Source: Stylophora pistillata
Taxonomy: Eukaryota
Assembly (NCBI RefSeq): GCF_002571385.2
Contig: NW_019217793.1
Location: forward strand, 947,984 to 1,011,983
Direction: 5' to 3'
Length of the DNA: 64,000 bases
In this document: piece by piece, positions 1 to 10,216 of the stretch
Position numbering within the stretch: position 1 is the stretch's first letter
How the letters are laid out: each line of letters opens with the position of its first letter
Translations under genes and position numbers: made by a program
The notes under the pieces: generated by a model
Seen by the model: only the letters and a program-made list of their open reading frames with translations
What the model was told of the DNA's origin: nothing
The model's database searches: none

Positions 1-452
1 GTCTTGATCAACTTCCAATTCCAACATCCGCCGACTGAAGACCACAGCGCTTGGCTTTCTTGATTTATCGCATTCTTTCCTTGTACACAAATTCTTCCGG
101 AGGACTCCATAGTAAACTCTGTATTCTCTATCTTCTTCCTCTCTCGACTATCGTCTTTTTCATCTCTTTCTTCTCTCCGGATATCGCAAGGTCAAAAGGT
201 CATAGCCTCGTCATATCATAGCTTCCACAAGTTCAATCAGCAAGCCACGAGGGTAAGCCCTCGGGCAAATCTCCTTTGTACTTCTCACAAGCCAGCTTTT
301 ATACATTTACTTTAGTTATCTAGAATGTTCTATTACTATTTATTGCGTATTACAAGTTGTACTATTTTTGGAAACTGCTGAGTCACAGGAAAGAAGTTTC
401 TGGAATATTACAGATTATAGATAATTCTAGAAAAGTCTGGGATTGCGTGACA
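1..452 (-). mobile_element. Probable LTR (truncated by the window edge) in an intron of kinase paralog A
   Basis: On the minus strand the segment starts TGTCACGCAATCCC at 452 (TG.. LTR-type start) and has a TATAAAA box at ~297-303 followed by a purine-rich stretch. The other end is outside the window. Confidence 0.45.
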
Positions 453-671
453 GATTCAGTGAAAATAATTCGATCCTCGTAACACTCTTTTTCTGATTGT
501 TTTCGTACAAAACTATTCTTCGTGCTGTCCATCATTGGATTGGTACAATATCTCAATGAAGCATTCTTTTTTTTGATCCAGTCTTGAATTTTAGTCTATT
601 GGGTGAAGAAGTTGGCGAAACTAAAATTTAAAAGGAATGGTGGTCAACTTAATTACTCATTTATGACAAAC

Positions 672-2134
672 CTGCAACAAGAACAATGTACTCTTTTTGC
701 AGAAGACTTTCTTTGTGGGAAGCGATTTTGTCCTTGAGGTTTCCAATGTTCTTTTTGAAAAGGGTATGAACCTTTTCATCCATCTTGTTCAAACAAAGAT
801 CCGAGTGTTCGTAGAAATGGAGCAAGGTTGCTCGTTTTCTCTCGTCTTCTTTCTTTGCCTCCGTCAACACTGAAAACGCCTGATAAATATCACAAGGTAA
901 ATAAAGTACTATGCATCAACATTCGCCCGGGTAAATTAAAGGTTAATTTCGGCCTAATTGGTTAATTTTACCGCTTTATAGTCATTTCGGAAATCTTTGC
1001 TACCAATAATATCACCTCTATAGCGCTTAAACATCCCTGTTCTGAGTGCAGCTGAATTTAGGGTGTACGTACATTCATTAGGCTGGTCAAAGCTCGGAAA
1101 AACAGCCGCAATGCAATCATCTAGAGGTTACCGTTTGCATTATGTTATCCATGAATACCTAAGTAAATATCCATGTATTGTGTAAACGAAAGAAACTGTT
1201 GATGTTTAGCCATAGCAATTCCTTGCCAAGATCCTCCCGAACGATTTACCTTTGGCAAAAGAATCCAACTCTTCGGTGACAGTTAAGAGTAGTATAAAAA
1301 ATTGTGGCATCTTTTCACCGTAGAAAAGCATCATGTCAGTCTGGACAATAAGTCTTTTGTAATATATTTTGCAGAAATTAGGCAAGCTTTTCTAAGAAAA
1401 TATGAAAACATAATCCTGATACAATCGCCAACATTTTCCCAAGGTTTATAAAGTTTTCCAACTTTAATCACGGGATGCAAGGAAAAGACGGCAGAATATT
1501 GCAGCAAAATGTATCAATCCCTGATGTTCTAAGTGCCGTAACTCTCAACTTGAACCGTCGAGGCTCGTTCGTTGCTCAACCAAACTTACCAAATTATAAA
1601 CATCAATATGCATGATAATCTTTCACTGTGCGAGCACAACTTATCAATTTCTTATTTTAAATCATTTTGCTGACACTCGTGATCAGTAGAATTGTTGATG
1701 AAAGCATCCATAAGTAATGAGCGGCCTTGTAATTAACTCTTCGTGTTGCTAAGTTTGAACTTAGAGAAACAATTGGCGATCGAGTGAATGCTACGATTTC
1801 CACTGATCCATGGTACTTAGGCTTCTTCTAGTACTACTCATTTCCGAGATGCCATTATTGAAAAGATTCACATGAAATAAATTCCGCTAGTGTGTTGAAA
1901 ATTTATACATAAATTGAATCTGATAGTAGCCCATGTTTTAAAAGAAAATTCTAGATTTCGCACCTCCTTTGCCGTCCAGCTTGACTTTTTCTTTGACGAC
2001 CGGAGTGTCTCTTTTACTTTTTGTTTCATTTCGTCCAAAGTTTTCAGCCCTTTGGTCGATATTTTTAGCGACGCCATTGTGGTTACCATCTCCACGATGT
2101 CGTTGATCTTGTCAATGTCTGATAACGTACTCAT
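672..2134 (-). CDS. 5' exons of DSTYK-like dynamin-domain/kinase paralog A (gene continues beyond the left edge)
   Basis: Exon 1 is 2134-1964 (ATG, MSTLSDIDKI...WTAKE, donor GAG|GTGCG). Exon 2 is 879-672 (acceptor cag|GCG, AFSVLTEAKK...YIVLVAG, donor G|GTTTG). Exon 2 has the same length (208 nt) and phase as exon 16284-16077 of paralog B and shares 39/70 identical residues (manual count). Confidence 0.8.
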
Positions 2135-3883
2135 GTTGCACACCGATAAGTTAAACGTTTATGATCAAAATTTAGTCCGTTTCATGTTTAAAAGCTAGGA
2201 AATCTGCGAGAAAGGAAAAAAATAAGCCTCAAATGTTGGGCTTCGTTCAGTCAAAGTCCATTACACACCAAGTGTCTGATTACAGTAGTGCACTGTCACG
2301 CATCTTGTTTCTGACGAGCATTAACTGAGCTTGTTTGACAGTCAAAGCGTGACTAATCACGCCATAAGTAAATATCGAGGAGAATAAACCAAACACAGGT
2401 ACAGGTACATGAAGAAAACAACGGAAAACGAAGTTTTCTTGATTACATTCAACGCCAGTCTTTTCAATGTTTATCAAAGAGGAAGCGTGTATATACCAAC
2501 AATCCGTCTAAGGCTTTAGAAGTTGTTGACTTGTTTTTGTTGTTTTGTTTACTATTTTTGTTGTTGTTTATTATTATTTTACAGAACATTACAAACAAAT
2601 TTACACAACCCGCATATAGCATTAGCTAGTCTTGGCGGGTATTAGAAAGAAATAAGTAAATACTACACATTGCAANGCACAACTTATCAATTTCTTATTT
2701 TAAATCATTTTGGTGACACTCGTGATCAGTTGTATTAATCGTTGATGAAAGCATCCATAAGTAATGAGCGGCCTTGTAATTCACTCTACGTGTTGCTAAG
2801 TTTGAACTTAGAGAAACAATTAGCGATCGAGTGAATGCTACGATGAACTTAGAGAAACAATTAGCGATCGAGTGAATGCTACGATTTCCACTGATCCATG
2901 GTAATTAGGCTTCTTCTAGTACTACTCATTTCCGAGATGCCATTATTGAAAAGATTCACATGAAATAAATCGATACGAACTGCATCTACCATTTATAAAA
3001 GCATCTAAAAAAGCAGGTCCACACCAGCCTTTGGGTTGCCACAAACCGACCTGCCTTAACAAAAATTATATGTATGTATGTATGTATGTATCTAGATACT
3101 TCCACTATATATTGTGTTGCAAATGTCCTTTTTACATAAACTGAATCTGCTAGTAGCCCATGTTTTAAAAGGAAATTCTAGATTTCTCACCTCCTTTGCC
3201 GTCCAGCTTGACTTTTTCTTGGACGACCGGAGTGTCTCTTTTACTTTTTGTTTCATTTCGTCCAACGTTTTCAGCCCTTCGGTCGGAATTTTTAGCGACG
3301 CCATTGTGGTTACCATCTCCACGATGTCGTTGATCTTGTCAATGTCTGATAATGTACTCATGTTGCACACTGATAAGTTAAACGTTTATGATAAAAATTT
3401 AGTCCGTTTCATGTTTAAAAGCTAGGAAATCTGCGAGAGAGGAAAAAAATAAGCCTCAAATGTTGGGCTTCGTTCAGTCAAAGACAATTACACACCAAGT
3501 GTCTGATTACAGTGGTGCACTGTCACGCATCCTGCTACTGACGAGCATTGTCTGAGCTTGTTTGACAGTCAAAGCGTGACTAATCACGCCATAAGTAAAT
3601 ATCGAGGAGAATAAATCAGACATAGGTACAGGTACATGGAGAAAATAACGGGAAACAAAGTTTTCTTGTTTACATTCAACGTCATTGGTATTGAAGCATG
3701 TATATACCAACAATCGTAAGTCCTTAAAAGTTGTTGACTTGTTTTTGTTGTTTTGTTTACTATCTTTGTTGTTGTTTATCATTATTTTACAGAATATTAC
3801 AAGCAAATTTACACAACCCGCATATAGCATTAGCTAGTCTTGGCGGGTATTAGAAATAAATAAGTATATACTACACATTACAA
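1634..3883. repeat. Near-identical tandem duplication (1634-2675 / 2677-~3883) containing exon 1 of paralog A, joined at a single N
   Basis: Both copies begin GCACAACTTATCAATTTC and end ...TACTACACATT(G/A)CAA. There is an N at 2676. Copy 2 has a ~41-bp internal duplication (~2804-2885) and a ~130-bp insert ending in (TATG)n. The second exon-1 copy is at 3361-3191. Confidence 0.9.
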
Positions 3884-5650
3884 GCTAAAGAGTTTGATTA
3901 CCACAATAAACTAAAGAGATTTTACAATAAACTAAAGAGATTTCATTACTACTATATTATTGGGGTTATAAGCCATGCATTAGTTTACTACATTATAAGC
4001 TAAAAAATACGTACAGTTGTCATACAAATTAAATACAATAAAATTACTAGTGAGTTAAAACAAGACATAATAATCAAATACAGAACCCCTNNNNNNNNNN
4101 NNNNNNNNNNNNAAGAAGTGTGAATCCATTGTTGTTGTTATCCGGAATTCTGATACATAGCTGATGATTCATTCTTTTTTGTGCTGGCCTGTAAACGAAA
4201 AAATTTGATTTCTTCACGTTAATAGTTAGTTTATTAGCATTAAGCCAATCACAGACATTTTTTAGCTCATTATTAACTACGGTTTCCAGGGATTTCAAGT
4301 CTTTGTCAGCATATATATATAACAGGTTTGTGTCATCAGCAAACAGATAAATGCCAAGTTTATCGCTACAAAAATGAATGTCATTAAAATAAAATCAAGA
4401 AAAGTAAGGGGCCTAACACAGATCCTTGTGGAACTCCAGTAACCGAGTTATTGTATTGTACATGAGAACCACTCATGTACAATACCTCTTATCCCATAAT
4501 GGTACAATTTATCAACTAGAATAGTGTAATTGACAGTAGCAAACGATTTTTTAAAATCGAGAAAAATACCACATGTGAACATTTTCTTGTCCATATTAGT
4601 TTGTACTGTATTCACTATGTCCAAAATTGCATGCTGAGTAGAAAATTTCTCTCTGAAGCCATACTGGGCTTCAAATAATAGTTCATTATATTCGATGTAT
4701 GATTTCAATCGTTTGTACTTAAATTTTTCAAAGATTTTATTGAAGACGGAGAGTAGTGAAATAGGACTGTAGTTGCTAGGGTCGGTATCATCGTAGCCCT
4801 TGTATACCGGGATAACTTTTGCATGTTTTAGCTTGGAAGGATATTTTCCACTTTGGACAGAGAGGTTGATAAGCTCAGCTAGTGGTGAAGCGAGTATGCT
4901 CTTTGCACATTTCAAAACACGAATAGGGCATGAATATAGTCCATAAGCCTTGTTTAGTGGTAAAAGCGAGATTTCTAGTTCGATATCTGATGAAATGACT
5001 GGTTCAAAGAAAAAGAAAGTGGTGAAAATGATATTTGTTAAGTATTCGTTATAGTGACAATTACTATCTTGTACATTTGCCGCTAACTTTTGGCCAACCG
5101 TAGAAAAGAAGTCGTTTAGTACGTTCGGCAATCCCGCTAGGTTACACGTCATACCATTCCCGTTTAGTCGTTTAAGGCCAACAATGGGTTTTGATTTTCT
5201 TTTGTTTCGGTTCAGTACGTCGTTGATTCCAGTCCATGTTTTCTTCATATCGTTCAGATGTTGTATGAAATATTTGTGATTATAGAGCTTTCTACTAAGA
5301 CGAATTAGAGATGTAATTTTGTTTCGATAGAGTTTGTATTTGTCGGTATCCCCTGAGGCGAATAGAGCGTTATTAATTTTTATAGATTTGATTAGCCCTT
5401 TGGAAATCCACGGTTTTAAGGATTGCTTGAATTTTCGCTTTGATAGAGGTTTAAGCGGAGCATGTTTATCTGTCAGTTTGTTAAGTTTGTTATAAATTTG
5501 TGAAAAAGCGATATCGATATTTCTGATTTGTTCTCGCAAGAATCGATTCTCAGCCGACTTGCGCTAATTCAGAGTTATAATCCTCTTCTGAAAACCTAGA
5601 GAAGTCATGCACCATGGTCTTTTTAGGGAATTCAGTCAAGCAGAATTGAC
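3735..5650 (-). mobile_element. 5'-truncated, frameshifted CR1/L2-type LINE (ORF2 reverse transcriptase)
   Basis: ORF 4448-5539 contains KPWI..GL, P.SLLSVFNKIFEK, QYGFR and GIFLDFKKSF. Downstream frames give GVPQGSVLG (~4438-4412), YLFADDTNL (~4349-4323) and WLNANKLTIN (ORF 4074-4298). The 3' UTR has a stem-loop ACCCGC...GCGGGT (~3817-3849) and an (AAC/AAAC)-rich tail at ~3735-3780, also present in the duplicated copy at ~2530-2640. Confidence 0.9.
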
Positions 5651-7323
5651 AGTAGTGGTCGCTTATGTCTGAAATAATGTTGCCACTATAGGATGGGAGG
5701 AATGGGGCTTATTTAAACAAACACTGGGGGACAATGTACCGGTAATTTTTTTTTTAATTCCGACTTCATTTCTTACCGAAGAAAATTTACAGTATTCATT
5801 TCTTTGTGTAAAAAACCTATACAAAATTATTTTAAAATGGATTTTGATGGAGGCCTTCAAATACAAGTAGTTTTTGCAATGTAACCCTGTTTCACAAAAA
5901 TTACTGAGTGAAATTAAATTTTCAAAAGTTTTTGATTTTGGTAGAGGAGGTAGGGGGGTTTGCTAGAGACGACATTTCACATAAAAAAAAAAATTCAGTA
6001 CAGTTGGTATATTAGAGAAGGAGGGTTAGTTGAGAGGGTGGGCTGATTGGTGTGCTAATACTGGCTTATTTGCTTCTTCGTAGAGTCTGGTTAACTCCTC
6101 GTGACATGCTGTGGAGTGCGGTCGACAGTCTGGTCTTCCATCCCAGCAACGCTGCATCAGACCTTGCCATTCATTTGGAGGCTCCGTCCTGTCTTGAACA
6201 TGCTCCGGTCTTATACCTAGAACCACTCGTTCATGTAGCTCGTCTGCATGAATGCCTTCAAAGGCTCTCTTACCATACCACATCTCCCATAGCATGACAC
6301 CAAAGCTATATATATCCGCTTTGCGGTCGTAGTGTCTGAAGGAGGCCACCTCTGGAGCCATGTAGTGAGGAGTTCCCATTTGAGTACATGTGATCATGTC
6401 TTCCTCTTTCGATAGGCCGACATCGGCTACCTTGACAACGTCATCATGCGACAACTAACAAGTAAAACAAACAATATATACAATATCAGTAACCTACTCT
6501 TACTACTCTTTCCTTGCTGTCAAATATTGGTGTTGTATTGTTTGAGCGACATGATGATCATCTTCAGGTTACAAATTACCCAGAGAACTTGATGGATGTC
6601 CATACAAAGACCATTTGCCTATCAAACTCATAAAAGAAGTTATTGTGACAGGAGACTAGCCTCTCTTTGATGGTGTAGGACTGTAGGACTCAGATAGAGA
6701 GTCCATCGTAATGTGAGTGCATCGATCCATTTAACCATTCACCCACCTACACAACATCAACATGGATAAATATCAAGAATATGGCAGCATTTGTTCGACA
6801 GAGGCTATTTCCATTTGTCCCGTTGTACGAGGACGATAGAACCCTTGACCTCTATCACTGTGCACGCATCTGATTAACTCATACTTACCAATGTGTTTTC
6901 CAGTTTGAGATCTCTGTGAATAATTCCCTTACTATGCATAAATTCCAGAGCATTAGCGATGTCTTTTGCCCATCCGATCACGTTTTTTGCAGCGGCAGAA
7001 GTTGTTGTAGAAAAGCCAGGTACACGGTTCCGACTTCCAAAAATGTGCTTCATCAAGTTCTACTTACAGAGTTCCATGACAAGTATTGGTCTTGATTCAC
7101 CCTTTTCTTTAAGAAGTGTTGCGCCGTACAACTTCACAATGAAGGGATGATCAAGCTTCCTAAAAAAGATACAGTGAGAAATTGAGCTCTAAACAGTTGT
7201 TTTCTGGTCGTCCCAGTGTCGACAGTTCACTACCTCTACAAATGACACGGCTGTTAAAAAAAGTATGTTGCGCAAATTAGATTGAGAAAGCTCTCATGCT
7301 ATCATTCTGGTTAGCACCAGAAA

Positions 7324-8366
7324 TTGCGGATATTTGCGGAAATTGCACCAGAAATTTCGGATAAGGATAGTTTCTGCGTCGTACAACACTTGACTCCACT
7401 TAAGTTTGATATTTCGAGTAAATGTTTTTCAGGGCCTGTCCAACACACAAACCTTGCTTTAATTAATTGTCCAAATTCGAGGCAGGTAGTCTCTTTAGAT
7501 GGATTAGATAGGTGTTTTGAAAGTGAAGTAGGTTTCTTATGGCCTAAGAATGTATTAAAGTCAGTTTCTAGCTTGCAATGGTTGGGTTTAGCTTGGAATC
7601 CAGACGTGAAACTTTCCTTCCCACGAAATCACCATCCTACTTCGAAGTGCGACCATGTCCATCCGTTAGTTCACCTTGGAGGTAGATATTTTATTTCCAC
7701 ACTTCTGGAACTTTGGCTTTGAACAATGGCAAGCTTAACATTTCTCCGTTGGCCATCTATAGCTTCCCTTGCAACAGATGTTTTGTTGGAATGGAGACTA
7801 GTTTGGGCACCTGTCCCCAGAGACTAATGGTGTCACTATCACTTTTCTCAACGGACACACTTTCATATGTTCCATGGGATCCAAGCTCAGGTGATTTTCC
7901 CACACTAAGGTTACATCACAAGTCATCCTCTATACCACCACCCATCAAGGTTAATCGTGCGGCGATTAACAACTTTGACGAGTTGTTTCAACTTTATGAT
8001 AGCCAGCTTAGTGGCGCTTTGCAGAAGGCAGACAGTTTGATTGATCAGATAGAGGAGACTACTCAAACCACTTACATCGAGTATATTGTTTTCGTTGCAC
8101 TTGGTCTATCAGGGGTCAATTTCATTGTCTTCTGTATTCTTTGCCGGTGCATCTCCAGAATATCCGTGCGACATTCCACGCCTGCTAGCCCACCTACCTT
8201 GCCAACAGCCGTTGCAAAGAGTCACCAATATAAAACCTGCACTCATCGTTCTGAGCACAAGAGGACAAATCGTCCGAAGAAAGCCTCCAAGGAAGCTCGC
8301 ACAGCATATGACCCCAAAGTGGACAAGGAATACAAGTTATCCAAGACGAACTATTCAAGGAACTGA
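7324..8366 (+). pseudogene. C-terminal half of an envelope/fusion-type glycoprotein (env-like), frameshifted near 7700
   Basis: Overlapping ORFs 7324-7722 and 7713-8366 join into a Cys-rich ectodomain, a heptad-like membrane-proximal helix (NNFDELFQLYDSQLSGALQKADSLIDQIEE), a TM (YIVFVALGLSGVNFIVFCILC) and a basic cytoplasmic tail. It lies upstream of the PPT/LTR, where env is expected. Confidence 0.65.
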
Positions 8367-9070
8367 ACTGAACTTCCGATGATGCATTACGTAATAACAC
8401 TAACCTTACTTAATTTCTCTACAATTCTGAACGACGCCTCAGCTACGTATTTAGCGTCAGTTAGTGGTCTGTTTGCCTCATTTAAATGTGAATATGACGC
8501 CTATTGTTCAGGGCGAGCAACACCAGTTTTTCGAATTAACCTCCTTTTCTCATAGCAATCCACTAATTTCTTTTTTGGGTTATTTTTGGGTTTCAGTCGA
8601 TCGTTAGACTGGGAGTTAGATAACGTCCCCGAGTTTATCCAAATTTGTCATTATTTCATGGTCCATGAACGGTTCTTGAGTGACGTCTTTCGCGTCGCTT
8701 TTCCGCGTGACTACTGCAATTTTTTCGCAGAAAACCAATTCTGCGAAGGGTTGTTCGCTCTGAAAACTTCTCGTTACCTTTTCTTCGCTCGTAGCCTTAC
8801 TATTCGCGCGTCACAAGAGTTTGAAAACATTTTCATTTAACCAATATCTGATGTCAGCCTCTAGTGTGGATGATTTTTTAAAACAGTCAATTAATGGTCG
8901 ATTGAACGACTTAGGCATCAATTGAAAGATATTATTGAGGATTCTTGAAGTCATTTCGTGTGCACACTACTCGACCGAAGAATACTTAATTATCGACTTT
9001 GTATCCGTTCCAAACACAGCTTTTCCTACCGTCTGCATTGAGGACGATGCCTAATTTAGGCGGGGAGGAA

Positions 9071-10216
9071 TGTTGTGAGGTAAAATTAGAAGTTGTTATT
9101 TTGAGACTTTTTCAGTTAAGCTTTTTGTTTTGTTGAGCCTTGCCTTTTGCGCGTACGTGTTATTTTGGTAGATTTATAGTTTTGATCTTTAATTTTTAGT
9201 GTGTGCTTGAACTTGGCTCAGTTCGCGGATTTCCTTTTTACCGTGCTAGACATTTTAATCGCTTGTTATGGTTGAGAATAATTAGTTTCATAGGTGGTCA
9301 TGTTTGGGTTGATAAAACTGACTTTGACTTTTACCCACACTGAAGATCCTGTTTGTGTGCGTGATTCTCGCGCGCAGCTAAATCATTGGCGCTTAATCGG
9401 TTCCTGGTGCTCGCCAAGTACTTCGGAGCGAGCTACCCAATTTCCCCCTTTGCAAAATAACAAGTCAACTGTGGAAACTCCCACGGTCAGCTAACCCAAA
9501 CATGTCTGTGATTTTTGTATTTAATACGTGGGCACTCCTTGCTAAAAGTAGAAGAAAAATGGCAGTAGCAGCAGCAGTAGAAGAAGAAAAGATCTGAAAC
9601 GTTGTAGTAGGAAAGGAGAATAAAAAGAGAAGATTCTTGGTACTTCTTGTTAAAAGTCAAGCGAGTAGTAAAACCCCCAACATTATAACCAACTGAAACT
9701 GAAGATAACTCTTCGTGCTCTGGTATAAAATATAGCTGCATAGAAATTCTTATTACTTGCTTTCTATTCGCGCCTGCCACTGTCCCATGTTCACGCCGAG
9801 AGGAACGCAGAACCTTTTCAATCTGGTATTTATTAGATGACAAAAACATTTTGTAGATACGGACATGGGTTGCGGTCGGCATCACTACTCTTAAGACATT
9901 CAGTTTGTCTAGCTCCTTTTGAACGAAAGTAAATGTAAATAAACCGAGTCATTTTAAATGACACCCACAACCCCGACACAGAGATCAGCGAACCAATCTG
10001 AGCCATTAAAGTGTCAATCTAAGACGTAGGCGATCAAACATAGAACGTTACGGAACCAACCAAAGCTAGACTGACAGAGTTGAATAACGTATACGCATGC
10101 GCTAGATTTTGCTGCGGAAACACGGATTTGAGTCGTTCGCATGGTTGATTTCCTATTCTGTTGCTTTGAGGTGTCGTTTTCCTTGCCGCTTTTCATTTAC
10201 AGAACAACCTCCAAAA
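9071..10216 (+). repeat. LTR (~1.15 kb)
   Basis: Starts TGTTGTGAGG immediately after the PPT. Ends CCTCCAAAA, an 8/10 match to the inverted terminus CCTCACAACA, followed by ATT-TGGTAC. TATAAAA at ~9724 and AATAAA at ~9938. Confidence 0.6.

Noticed and set aside
7060-7062. Programmed recoding (Sec/Pyl/readthrough) of the kinase stop
   Set aside because: The codon is TAG, not TGA, the following context (AAC) is not a known readthrough motif, and a simple GAG>TAG change explains it.
9960-9980. Alternative LTR end at ...CCCCGACACA after AATAAA
   Set aside because: Disfavoured but not excluded: the end at 10216 matches the inverted terminus better and is followed by a PBS-like TGG.
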